From NCBI GenBank assembly GCA_013297985.1, contig JAAFIY010000001.1, positions 27,954 through 91,953 on the forward strand: a stretch of 64,000 nt of DNA. Direction: 5' to 3'. The DNA comes from Comamonadaceae bacterium. Its GTDB lineage: Bacteria; Pseudomonadota; Gammaproteobacteria; Burkholderiales; Burkholderiaceae_C. Positions 36,145 to 45,034 of this stretch are shown in pieces. Position numbers and translations under genes: made by a program. The first letter of the stretch is position 1. The number at the start of each line of letters is the position of its first letter. The notes beneath the pieces are model-generated. The model was not told the DNA's origin, made no database searches, and worked only from the letters and a program-made list of their open reading frames with translations.

Positions 36145-37476
36145 TCAATGAAACTGCTCTTCCTCAGTAGACCCAGTCAGCGCCTTCACGCTGCTTGAGC
36201 CACCCTGAATCACCGTGGTCACATCGTCAAAGTAGCCAGCGCCCACTTCCTGCTGGTGGCTGACGAAGGTGTAGCCCTGTTCGCGGGCTTTGAACTCGGG
36301 TTCTTGCACCATGTTGACGTAGTGCTTCATGCCTTCGCCGTTGGCGTAGGCGTGGGCAAATTGGAAGGTGTTGTACCAGTTGATGTGGATGCCAGCCAGG
36401 GTGATGAACTGGTATTTGTAGCCCAGTGCGCTCAGTTCTTCTTGGAACTTGGCGATGGTGGCGTCGTCGAGGTTTTTGCGCCAGTTAAAGCTGGGTGAGC
36501 AGTTGTAGCTGAGCAGTTTGCCGGGGCACTTGGCGTGCACGGCTTGGGCAAATTCGCGGGCAAAGCCCAAATCCGGCGTGCCGGTTTCGCACCACACCAA
36601 ATCGGCATAGGGGGCATAGGCCACGCCGCGGCTGATGGCTTGCTCCACACCGTTTTTGACACGGTAAAAGCCTTCTTGGGTGCGCTCACCGGTCAAGAAG
36701 GGTTTGTCATTGGCGTCGTGGTCGCTGGTGAGCAGGTTGGCGGCTTCGGCGTCGGTGCGGGCCAAGACGATGGTGCTTACGCCCATCACGTCGGCTGCAA
36801 AGCGCGCGGCCAGCAGTTTTTCAACCGCTTCGCCGGTGGGCACCAGCACTTTGCCACCCATGTGGCCGCACTTCTTCACTGCGGCCAGTTGGTCTTCAAA
36901 GTGCACGCCGGCGGCGCCGCTGGCGATCATGTTCTTCATCAGCTCAAAGGCGTTGAGCACGCCGCCAAAGCCGGCTTCTGCATCAGCCACGATGGGCAAA
37001 AAGTAGTCGATGTAGTCCTTGTCGCCAGGGCCCACGCCGCGGCTCCATTGGATTTCATCGGCGCGCTTAAAGGTGTTGTTGATGCGGCGCACCATGGTGG
37101 GCACCGAGTCATACGCGTACAGCGACTGGTCGGGGTACATGGTCTCGCTGGTGTTGCCGTCGGCCGCCACTTGCCAGCCCGACAGGTACACGGCTTCCAA
37201 GCCCGCTTTGGCTTGCTGCATGGCCTGGCCTGCGGTGATGGCGCCAAAGGCATTCACATAGCCTTTTTTGGCACCGCCATTGACCTTGTCCCACAGCTTT
37301 TCGGCGCCGCGCTTGGCCAGGGTGTGCTCAATCGGCACCGAGCCGCGCAGGCGCACCACGTCGGCGGCGCTGTAGTTGCGCTTGACGCCTTTCCAGCGCG
37401 GGCTGGTGGCCCATTCTTTTTCCAAAGCGGCGATTTGTTGGTCGCGGCTCATTTGTTCGGTGATCGACTGGGGCAT
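36145..37476 (-). CDS. aceA: isocitrate lyase
   Basis: [13 protein letters not shown] signature and the WQVAADGN region. ATG 37476 has the SD AAGGAG. Confidence 0.96.
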   Translation of the reverse strand: MPQSITEQMSRDQQIAALEKEWATSPRWKGVKRNYSAADVVRLRGSVPIEHTLAKRGAEKLWDKVNGGAKKGYVNAFGAITAGQAMQQAKAGLEAVYLSGWQVAADGNTSETMYPDQSLYAYDSVPTMVRRINNTFKRADEIQWSRGVGPGDKDYIDYFLPIVADAEAGFGGVLNAFELMKNMIASGAAGVHFEDQLAAVKKCGHMGGKVLVPTGEAVEKLLAARFAADVMGVSTIVLARTDAEAANLLTSDHDANDKPFLTGERTQEGFYRVKNGVEQAISRGVAYAPYADLVWCETGTPDLGFAREFAQAVHAKCPGKLLSYNCSPSFNWRKNLDDATIAKFQEELSALGYKYQFITLAGIHINWYNTFQFAHAYANGEGMKHYVNMVQEPEFKAREQGYTFVSHQQEVGAGYFDDVTTVIQGGSSSVKALTGSTEEEQFH

Positions 37477-37580
37477 GGCTAACACTCCTTAACAACAACA
37501 AGATGGACGAAGACCTGGGGCCCTCCCACACCGGTGCGTCTAGGCGCTTGTTCTGCGGTGCGGCAGTGCAGCAATCTTAC

Positions 37581-37622
37581 TCTTATAGAAGACATGAGAG
37601 TGCTCTTGTGTCTTATATAAGA
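37581..37622. promoter_or_regulatory. AT-rich 14-bp imperfect inverted repeat upstream of aceA (TCTTATAGAAGACA ... TGTCTTATATAAGA)
   Basis: 13 of 14 complementary positions with a 14-nt spacer, 105-145 nt upstream of the aceA ATG. It is the only AT-rich patch in that spacer. Confidence 0.35.
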
Positions 37623-37840
37623 TAAAAATTTTCTCAAGCGAAATCAAGCACTTGTGTTGGCCAGTTCGCCATGTGAATGGCGCATTTCGCATGGCGGTAT
37701 GAATTGCCTTGCAGCGCTCGCTGACTTTTTGTAATGCGGAACGCAATCGGCGCGGATGAAATCGCCACTGAGTGCGCCTAAGCCGGTGCACGCAAACCGC
37801 ATGCCCGCGCCCCCAAGATGGAGGGGGCGGCCCCGCGGGC

Positions 37841-38323
37841 CTAAGGCCGCTTGGCCGCGGCGTGTGCAATCCAATCGCCGCTGGCAATCAGGCTGGCTTG
37901 GCGCACATAGGCGGGGTTGATCTCATACACGATGCAGCTCAGCACCCGGCCATTGGCCAGCCGCACCTGGCGCTGGCGCTTGAAGTATTCGTCGTGCTGT
38001 TCGGGGTAGAGCGATTCGATTTCGTCCAAGCGCCGCTCTAGCGCAAGGGAGATGGCCCACACCTCGCCGGATACCCACACCGGCAGGCCCCAGGCGGGCG
38101 CAGGCGCCGCGCAATCGGGCCACACCAGGCCAGGGTAGCGGCCCAGGTCAAACAGCCAGCCTTGCATGCGGGCGTGGCCCACCAGGGCCATGGGGGCCGG
38201 GGTTTGGCCCGCGATGTCGTTGCTGCCGCCTTGGCGCAGGGTGCCGTACACCCACACGTGACGTTGGGGCGCGTGGGCATCAGGTGCAGGGTGGGCGGCA
38301 AGGGTGGTGTCGGTGCGGCTCAT
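37841..38323 (-). CDS. gamma-glutamylcyclotransferase / AIG2-like family protein
   Basis: VWVYGTLRQGGSN motif, with the Glu-containing C-terminal half. Confidence 0.72.
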   Translation of the reverse strand: MSRTDTTLAAHPAPDAHAPQRHVWVYGTLRQGGSNDIAGQTPAPMALVGHARMQGWLFDLGRYPGLVWPDCAAPAPAWGLPVWVSGEVWAISLALERRLDEIESLYPEQHDEYFKRQRQVRLANGRVLSCIVYEINPAYVRQASLIASGDWIAHAAAKRP

Positions 38324-38379
38324 GCGACGATTGTCGGCTGGGTTTCTGGTTGCCCTGCCCGTTTGCTTGCCCCTTGCTG

Positions 38380-39279
38380 ATGCCTTCTGTTGCCGCCCAT
38401 CCTTCTCGCGCCGTGGCCATGTTGTGCCTGGCCACCAGCATGGCTTTGGTGGGGGCCTATGTGGCCTTGTCTAAGCCGCTGGTGGCGGCGCTGCCGGTGT
38501 TTTTGTTGGCCTGGCTGCGCTTTGGCATTGGTGGGCTGGCCATGCTGGGCTGGCTGCGCAAACCGGCCGATGAGGCACCCCTGCAGCCCCGCACCCGCTG
38601 GCTGTTGTTTGTGGAATCGCTGCTGGGCAATTTTTTGTTTTCCATCTGCATGCTCTATGGCGTGAGCATGACCAGCGCGGTATCGGCCGGGGTGATTCTG
38701 GCCAGCATTCCTGCGGTGGTGGCCATCATGTCGTGGCTGTGGTTGGGCGAAAAGCTCAACGGCCGCACGCTGCTGGCCATCGCGTGCGCGGTGGGCGGCG
38801 TGGCGCTGCTGTCGTTTAGCAAAACCAGCCTAGAGCCCGCTGATGCCCAACGCGCCTGGATCGGCAATGCGCTGGTGTTTGGCGCGGTGTTGTGTGAGGC
38901 GGCCTATGCCGTCATTGGCAAGCGGCTCACCGCCAGCGTGGGCCCCAAGCGCATCAGTGCGCTCATCAACCTGTGGGGCTTTGCCTTGATGACGCCGCTG
39001 GGCCTGTGGATGGCCTGGGGCTTTGACTTTGCCGCCGTGGCGCCGGGCATTTGGTTGCTGTTGGTGTTCTACGCCCTGGCCGCCAGCCAATGGACGGTGT
39101 GGCTGTGGATGACGGGGCTGCGCACCGTGCCCGCCGCCCAGGCCGGCGTGTTTACCGTGATGCTGCCGGTGGCGGCCACTGCGGTAGGTGTGCTGGCCTT
39201 GGGCGAGCCCATTGCGGGCTTGCAGTTGCTGGCGCTGGGCGTGGCGCTGATGGGCGTGGTGCTGGCCACGCGGCCCTAG
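38380..39279 (+). CDS. EamA/DMT-family permease
   Basis: 299 aa from ATG 38380, ten TM segments, duplicated EamA halves. Confidence 0.8.
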   Translation: MPSVAAHPSRAVAMLCLATSMALVGAYVALSKPLVAALPVFLLAWLRFGIGGLAMLGWLRKPADEAPLQPRTRWLLFVESLLGNFLFSICMLYGVSMTSAVSAGVILASIPAVVAIMSWLWLGEKLNGRTLLAIACAVGGVALLSFSKTSLEPADAQRAWIGNALVFGAVLCEAAYAVIGKRLTASVGPKRISALINLWGFALMTPLGLWMAWGFDFAAVAPGIWLLLVFYALAASQWTVWLWMTGLRTVPAAQAGVFTVMLPVAATAVGVLALGEPIAGLQLLALGVALMGVVLATRP

Positions 39280-39318
39280 AGCGGGGGTGGCGCGGGTGGC
39301 GCCGCTGGCGCGGGCGGC

Positions 39319-39834
39319 TTAAACCAAGGCACGGTCTGACACCACGATGCCGTCGGCATCGGCATAGAGCCAATCGCCCGGGCGCACCCACACGCCTTGC
39401 ACACGCACGGGCACGTCGCGCTGGCCTTCGCCGCGCTTGTCGGTGCGCAGTGGCATCAGCGCCAATGCGCGGACGCCCACGCCTGCGGCGCGCAGTTCGG
39501 CCACGTCACGCACTGCGCCATCCACCACGATGCCCGCCCAGCCGTTTTTGGCGGCCGTCACGGCCAAGTTGCCGCCCGCAAGCGCCCGGCGCAGCAAGCC
39601 GCCGCCGTCTACCACCAGCACCCGGCCCAAGCCGGGCTGGGCCACGGCTTCGCGCACCATGGAGTTGTCTTCGGGGCAGCGCACGGTGGCCACCACGCCG
39701 CAAAAGGGCTGGCCATGGCCAAAGTCTTGAAAACCCGGCGGCAGCACCCGAAAGGCGCCGGAGGTGTCGCTTTCATGCGCGTCGCACAGGTCACAGGTGG
39801 CAAAGCGGGGGGTAGCGGGTTTAAGAGCGCTCAT
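39319..39834 (-). CDS. rraA: RraA-family protein (RNase E regulator / 4-hydroxy-4-methyl-2-oxoglutarate aldolase family)
   Basis: ATCDLCDAH...GRVLVVDGGG..RRALAGGNLA..NGWAGIVVDGAVRD. ATG 39834. Confidence 0.85.
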   Translation of the reverse strand: MSALKPATPRFATCDLCDAHESDTSGAFRVLPPGFQDFGHGQPFCGVVATVRCPEDNSMVREAVAQPGLGRVLVVDGGGLLRRALAGGNLAVTAAKNGWAGIVVDGAVRDVAELRAAGVGVRALALMPLRTDKRGEGQRDVPVRVQGVWVRPGDWLYADADGIVVSDRALV

Positions 39835-40142
39835 GGGCCGTCTCGAAGTTGGAGTGAATGTGAAGGTAATGGATGAAGAAAGCACGCCAACACAGCCTGC
39901 GGCGCCCCTTAGTTTGGCACCGCTGCGGCCCTGTTGCGCCCGCCTTGGCGCCCCTTGGCTACAGCTTGGGCCCACAGCTGTGGCGCAGCCACCCCACACA
40001 CAGGGCAAAAAACCGGCCTTTCCCCAATGAAAAGTGCCTGTTCTCGCTTGGAAAGGCATGCCTTTGCCTATAGCATCCGCTCACCGTCGGCTTCTCTGGC
40101 GCACGGCGGTGTTTGATCAAACCGAAAAAGAGGATCTTCATC

Positions 40143-40577
40143 ATGGCAACTGCAACCAAATCGGCGGCTAAAAAAGCCGCTCCCGCGAAGAAGGCGGCGC
40201 CCGCCAAGAAAGCTGCTCCGGCAGCCAAGAAGGCGGCACCGGCCAAGAAAGCGGCTGCACCCGCGGCCAAGAAAGCGGCACCGGCCAAGAAAGCCGCCGC
40301 ACCCGCCAAGAAAGCTGCAGCGCCCAAGCGCTCGGTGAACGCGGCGTTCATGAAAGCCCTGACGCCCAGCGCTGCGCTGGCAGCCGTGGTGGGTGCCAAC
40401 CCCCTGCCCCGCACTGAAATCGTCAGCAAGCTGTGGGCTTACATCAAGAAAAACGGCCTGCAAGACAAGCTCAACAAACGCATGATCAATGCGGACGCCA
40501 AGCTGCGCGAAATCTTCGGCAAGGCCCAAGTGTCGATGTTTGAGATGGCTGGCCTGATCGGCAAGCACGTCAAGTAA
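40143..40577 (+). CDS. SWIB/MDM2-domain protein with histone-H1-like Lys/Ala-rich N-terminus
   Basis: C-terminal LTPSAALAAVVGANPLPRTEIVSKLWAYIKKNGLQD..NKRMINAD.KLREIFG...MFEM. N-terminal AKKAAP repeats. ATG 40143. Confidence 0.85.
   Translation: MATATKSAAKKAAPAKKAAPAKKAAPAAKKAAPAKKAAAPAAKKAAPAKKAAAPAKKAAAPKRSVNAAFMKALTPSAALAAVVGANPLPRTEIVSKLWAYIKKNGLQDKLNKRMINADAKLREIFGKAQVSMFEMAGLIGKHVK
40158..40330 (+). repeat. degenerate tandem repeats encoding (A)KKAAPA units
   Basis: About 9 consecutive GCC/GCG-AAG-AAA-GCN-GCN-CCN-type units read from the sequence. Confidence 0.8.
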
Positions 40578-40599
40578 GCCGCCTCAGCGCTCTCGCGCT

Positions 40600-40633
40600 A
40601 AGCCGCCTTGGGGTCACTCAGGCGGCTTTTTTT
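40600..40633 (+). terminator. rho-independent terminator of the SWIB gene
   Basis: AAGCCGCCT-N11-AGGCGGCTT followed by TTTTTTTG. Confidence 0.8.
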
Positions 40634-40768
40634 GTGGCTGCCGCGCTGCGGGCCTTGGAAATGAAACGCCTATGCGACCTGCGGACTCACGTCTGCAGCG
40701 CCGCACTTAGTTGGCCGAAGTTGTGCACCCCGGCAGCGGCAACAGCTTTCGTCTGACGGTTACGGAAT

Positions 40769-40835
40769 GCTATTGAAACCATAGCTGCTTGGGCAGTTAA
40801 ATAGGGCGCTGGAGCCGTTTTTGTTTTTGGGCTGC
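40769..40835 (+). repeat. REP-like element copy
   Basis: GCTAT-TGAAACC-ATAGCTGCTTGGGCAGTTAAATAGGGCGCTGGAGCCGTTTTTGTTTTTGGGCTGC. Confidence 0.75.
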
Positions 40836-40888
40836 AAGGGGTTTTGAGTTGACGCTCTGCCCCAGAGCACGACAGCCCAGCCTGCGAA

Positions 40889-40959
40889 CCACCAAAAGTT
40901 GCGCGTGAACTTGCCACCGCGCCCTGATCTAGGGCGCAAGCAGCTATATTTTTTGTAGC
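40889..40959 (-). repeat. REP-like element copy, tail-to-tail with the copy at 40769
   Basis: The reverse complement reads GCTAC-AAAAAAT-ATAGCTGCTTGCGCCCTAGATCAGGGCGCGGTGG. It overlaps the last 5 codons and the stop of the TPP-enzyme gene. Confidence 0.6.
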
Positions 40960-42704
40960 GAAGCGTCGGTGATGGCTTGCAGGTTGGTGCGGGTGGTGAT
41001 GACTTGTGGGTCAAGCATCACCTCAATCAAGCTGGAACGCGGGCTGGCCACTGCATCACGCAAGGCTAGCAAGGCCGCTGGGCCATCGCTCACGCGCACG
41101 CCATGCAGGCCGTAGGCACGTGCCAGCGCGGCAAAGTCGGGGTTGTGCAGCGTGCTGCCCGCCGCCGCGCTGCGGCTGGGGTATTCGCGCTCTTGGTGCA
41201 TGCGGATGGTGCCGTACAGCCCGTTGTTGAGCAGCACCACGATGACGCGCGCGCCGTGCTGCACCGCCGTGGCCAGCTCTTGGCCGTTCATTAAAAAGTC
41301 GCCATCGCCCGCCATGGTGAACACCGGCCGCCCGCTTGCAATGGCCGCTGCAATCCCAGCCGGCACTCCGTAGCCCATGGCCCCAGCTGTGGGCGCTAGT
41401 TGCGTCTTGTGGCCTGCGCCCAGGCCGCTGTAGCGGTGGTAGCGGTGCAACCAGCCGGCAAAGTTGCCTGCGCCATTGGTCCACACCGCGTCAGCAGGCA
41501 TCAACTCGTTAGCCAGCGCCATCAGCGCGGCCATGTCGGCGTGGCCTAGGCGGTTGGCCGCCGGGGCGGGCCAGGCGGGGCTTGGGGTGCTGGGGTCGCT
41601 CCAGGCCAGGTAGTCGGCATGCGCGGCGTGGGCCCAGTCGCGCCAAGGCACTTCGGGCGGCGCGGTCAGCACTTCCAGGCTGCGGGCGGCGGCGTCCATG
41701 GTGCTGTGGATGGCCAAGGTGGGCTGGTACACGCGGTTGAGCTCGTCGGCGCCACCGTGGATGTGCACCAAACGCTGGGCGGCCACCGGCGCTTGGATGA
41801 GGGTGTAGCCGTTGGTGGTCATCTCGCCCAGCCGGGCGCCAATCACCAGCAGCAAATCGGCTTCTTTCACCCGCTGAGCCAGCGCGGGGTTGGGGCCAAT
41901 GCCCACGTCACCGGCATACAGCGCATGGTGGTTATCAAACAGGTCTTGAAACCGAAAAGCGGTGCCCACCGACAGCTGCCAGTTGTCGGCAAAGCGCTGC
42001 AGCGCCTGGGCGCTTTGGGGTGTCCAGCCGCCGCCACCGGCAATCACCATCGGCCGTTGGCTAGCCAGCAGCAGGGCGCGCAAATCGCGCAGCGCACCGG
42101 GGTCTGACCACGCGGGGGCGGCTTGCACCTTGGGCAGGGGCTTGAGAGTGCTGGGCACATGCTCCGCCAGCAGGTCTTCTGGCAGCACCAGCACCACCGG
42201 GCCGGGGCGGCCGTTAAGCGCCGTGGCAAAGGCGCGGGCGATGTATTCGGGCAGGCGCGTCGCGTCGTCGATGCGCTCGACCCGCTTGGCCATGCCTTGG
42301 GTACCGGGGCCGAAGAAGTGGGTGTAGTCCAGCGCCTGGAAGGCTTCGCGGTCGCGCATGTCGCGGGCCACATCGCCCACCAGCAGCACCATGGGGGTGC
42401 TGTCTTGAAACGCCACATGTACGCCAATCGATGCATTGGTGGCACCCGGCCCCCGGGTGACAAAGCACACACCGGGGCGGCCCGTGAGCTTGCCGTGAGC
42501 CTCTGCCATGAAAGCGGCGCCGCCTTCTTGGCGACAGGTCACAAATTCAATGGCGTCTCGATGCTGGTGAAAGCCATCCAAAGCGGCCAGATAGCTTTCA
42601 CCTGGTACGCCAAACACATGGGTGGTGCCTTGCTCGAGCAGGCACTGCACCAGCAGATGGCCAGCAGGCTGGAGCGACGGTTTGACGGAAGCGATAGAAG
42701 TCAT
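40944..42704 (-). CDS. thiamine-pyrophosphate-dependent enzyme (acetolactate synthase large-subunit family)
   Basis: HVFGVPGESYLAALD (N-terminal PYR domain) and GDGDFLMNGQELATA (TPP-binding motif). ATG 42704. The 139-codon upstream extension was rejected. Confidence 0.85.
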   Translation of the reverse strand: MTSIASVKPSLQPAGHLLVQCLLEQGTTHVFGVPGESYLAALDGFHQHRDAIEFVTCRQEGGAAFMAEAHGKLTGRPGVCFVTRGPGATNASIGVHVAFQDSTPMVLLVGDVARDMRDREAFQALDYTHFFGPGTQGMAKRVERIDDATRLPEYIARAFATALNGRPGPVVLVLPEDLLAEHVPSTLKPLPKVQAAPAWSDPGALRDLRALLLASQRPMVIAGGGGWTPQSAQALQRFADNWQLSVGTAFRFQDLFDNHHALYAGDVGIGPNPALAQRVKEADLLLVIGARLGEMTTNGYTLIQAPVAAQRLVHIHGGADELNRVYQPTLAIHSTMDAAARSLEVLTAPPEVPWRDWAHAAHADYLAWSDPSTPSPAWPAPAANRLGHADMAALMALANELMPADAVWTNGAGNFAGWLHRYHRYSGLGAGHKTQLAPTAGAMGYGVPAGIAAAIASGRPVFTMAGDGDFLMNGQELATAVQHGARVIVVLLNNGLYGTIRMHQEREYPSRSAAAGSTLHNPDFAALARAYGLHGVRVSDGPAALLALRDAVASPRSSLIEVMLDPQVITTRTNLQAITDASLQKI

Positions 42705-42787
42705 CGACAACAGGGTTCGGAGCACGCCAACACGGCGCAACGCGGGCATTGTGGGCCCGTGCCAAGCCCCACAGGTCTGCCCAGCGG

Positions 42788-44035
42788 TTAAAGCCCAGGT
42801 CGGCGCACCCGCTGCACCTGGAAAGCGCTGGCAATCAGCACCGCCTGCACGGCCACCAGGCCCAGCCACACCGCCTGATAGCGGCCCTGGTCCATCAACA
42901 CACCAAAGATGAGCGGGGCCACGGCCTGGCCAATGTCCAAGCCCGCATACACCACGCCGTACACCCGCCCACTGGCGGCCACCGGCGTGGCGCGCTTCAC
43001 CAGCATGTCGCGTGACGGGCCCGCCAAGCCCGCACACAAGCCCATGGTGGCAAAGGCCACCGGCACCATCCAGGCGGGCAAGGGCAGCACCGCCACACAC
43101 AGAGCGGCAAGCGCCGCGCAACCAAAGCCGATGCCCACCACCCGCCCGCTGCGCTCAGGCTGGCTGGCCAAAAAGCCGCCGCCCACCATGCCGCTGGCGC
43201 TGGCCACCATGTAGGCCGTCACACACAGCGCGAGCCACGCCAGAGGCATGCCGTGCAGGTTCATGGCGGCCGAGGGCGCAAAGGCCTGCACCACACCCAA
43301 GGACATGGCGTAGAAAAAGAAAAAGCCAAAGCACCACCACACAGCGGCTAGGCGCAAAAAGCCAAAGCCGCTTTCCACTGCGGCTGGAGCCGGTGTGGGC
43401 GTGCGCGCCGCTGCGGCAGGTGCCACCGGCGGCAGGTCAAGCAAATCGCGTCGCCACCACAGCACGCACCACACCACCGCCGCCACCAGCGCCGCACACA
43501 CCAGCGCCCAGCGCCACGATGCGGCAAAAGCCACACCCGCCATCAGCGCAGGCGCCAGCGCCCAACCCAGGCTGCCGCTGATGCCGTGGGCGCTGTAGGC
43601 GTGCCCCAGGCGCGGTGTGCTGATCTTGCGGTTAAGCAGCGTGTAGTCCACCGGGTGGAACACGCCATTGCCCACCCCCGCCAGCGCGACAAAGGCCATC
43701 AGCATGAAGTAATGGGTGCTGGCCGCCATGCCCAGCGCCGCCACCGCTAGTAGGCCCAGGCCCACAAACAGCACCGGCCGCGGGCCGTGTTTGTCCACCC
43801 AAAAACCCGACGCCGCCTGCACCACGCACGACACCACAAAAAACACCGTCATCAAGAGCCCAAGCTGGGTGTAGCCCACGCCAAAGGCATCTTTGAGCCA
43901 CGGAAACAACGGCGGCAGCAACAGCTGGCTGAAGTGGCTCACGCCGTGCGCCAAAGCCACCAGCGCAATCACGCTGGCGTCACGCTTCAAAGGCACGGGC
44001 GCCAAGGGCGGTGGGGGCAAGGTGGCAGTCGTCAT
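42788..44035 (-). CDS. MFS transporter
   Basis: 415 aa, 12 TM segments, GFWVDKHGPRP loop motif between TM2 and TM3. Confidence 0.85.
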   Translation of the reverse strand: MTTATLPPPPLAPVPLKRDASVIALVALAHGVSHFSQLLLPPLFPWLKDAFGVGYTQLGLLMTVFFVVSCVVQAASGFWVDKHGPRPVLFVGLGLLAVAALGMAASTHYFMLMAFVALAGVGNGVFHPVDYTLLNRKISTPRLGHAYSAHGISGSLGWALAPALMAGVAFAASWRWALVCAALVAAVVWCVLWWRRDLLDLPPVAPAAAARTPTPAPAAVESGFGFLRLAAVWWCFGFFFFYAMSLGVVQAFAPSAAMNLHGMPLAWLALCVTAYMVASASGMVGGGFLASQPERSGRVVGIGFGCAALAALCVAVLPLPAWMVPVAFATMGLCAGLAGPSRDMLVKRATPVAASGRVYGVVYAGLDIGQAVAPLIFGVLMDQGRYQAVWLGLVAVQAVLIASAFQVQRVRRPGL

Positions 44036-44119
44036 GGGCCCATGGTAGTGGCGCCAAACGCTTTGCGGCTGCGGCCCGTCTGCGACAAACGGACAGTTTT
44101 CGTCTAAATTGCGCCAAGC

Positions 44120-45034
44120 ATGTCCAGCCCCACATTCAGGCCGTCGTCAGGGAGTGCGGTGCGCCGTGCGCCCCTGGGGCAAACCGAGCCGTTTCGGCCC
44201 ACCAGCCAGCGCCCGGTGCGGGTGCGCGCCCGCAGCGTGGCGGCCGACACCCACTTTGAACTGCACCGCCACCCCTGGGCGCAGCTGGCCTATGTGGCCG
44301 AAGGTTTGGCGCGGGTGCGCACCGTGCTGCCGGCCAGCGACTCAGCGCCCTCGCGCCAAGTGACCTATGGCATTCCGCCCACCCGTGCGGTGTGGATCGC
44401 GCCTGGCGTCGACCATGCGGTGGAGGTGCTGCAAACCGCGCAGTTTGAAACCCTGTATCTGCACCCCAGCCAAACCCCGCTGGGATGGTCGGGCTGCCGC
44501 GTGGTGCGGGTGTCGCCGCTGCTGCGTGAAGCCGTGCTGGCGCTAGACAAAGACGCCCGCGCCCGACCCCCCAGCGCCCGCGAGGCCGACACCCGCGAGC
44601 GGCTGCTGGGTGACTTGATTTGCGACGAACTGCGCCAAGCGCCCACCCAGGACATCGGCGTGCCGCTGCCCTTGGCCCACAGCGCCGACAAGCGCCTGTG
44701 CAGTCTGTGTGCCTGGGTCATGGACCACCCAGACGACCGGCGTGACCTGGCTACGCTGGCAGCCGAGCACGGCGCCAGCGCGCGCACCATGGTGCGTTTG
44801 TTCGATGCGGATTTGGGCCTGTCGTGGGCGCAGTGGCGCAAGCAGGTCAGCTTGGCCCATGCGCTGGCGCTGCTGGCTAGCGACGCGCCCATTGCCCAAG
44901 TCGCGCAGGCCTGCGGCTATGCCAGCCCCAGCGCTTTTGGGGCCATGTTCAAGGCCGCGTTAGGCCAAAGCCCGCAGGGCTTCAAGGCAAGTGGCCGAGC
45001 AACTGGCGCGGACGCCGCGCCTACTCCGCCTTGA
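44120..45034 (+). CDS. AraC-family transcriptional regulator (cupin N-terminus, HTH C-terminus)
   Basis: The C-terminal IAQVAQACGYASPSAFGAMFKAALGQSP is the AraC second HTH. Confidence 0.85.
   Translation: MSSPTFRPSSGSAVRRAPLGQTEPFRPTSQRPVRVRARSVAADTHFELHRHPWAQLAYVAEGLARVRTVLPASDSAPSRQVTYGIPPTRAVWIAPGVDHAVEVLQTAQFETLYLHPSQTPLGWSGCRVVRVSPLLREAVLALDKDARARPPSAREADTRERLLGDLICDELRQAPTQDIGVPLPLAHSADKRLCSLCAWVMDHPDDRRDLATLAAEHGASARTMVRLFDADLGLSWAQWRKQVSLAHALALLASDAPIAQVAQACGYASPSAFGAMFKAALGQSPQGFKASGRATGADAAPTPP

Noticed and set aside
36535-37482. 315-aa plus-strand ORF opposite aceA
   Set aside because: It is antisense to isocitrate lyase, has a Gly/Ala/His-rich composition and no motif.
39051-39815. 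254-aa Arg/Gly/Ala-rich plus-strand ORF
   Set aside because: It overlaps the EamA 3' end and is antisense to rraA. It has extreme Arg/Pro/Gly low complexity.
42705-43121. 139-codon N-terminal extension of the TPP-enzyme ORF, and similar extensions at 23025-23180, 28810-28974, 39835-40059, 46038-46109, 47396-47593 and 52764-52871
   Set aside because: Family alignments from memory begin at the internal ATG. The extensions are Gly/Arg-rich, overlap neighbouring genes or spacers, and the internal ATGs have SD sequences.
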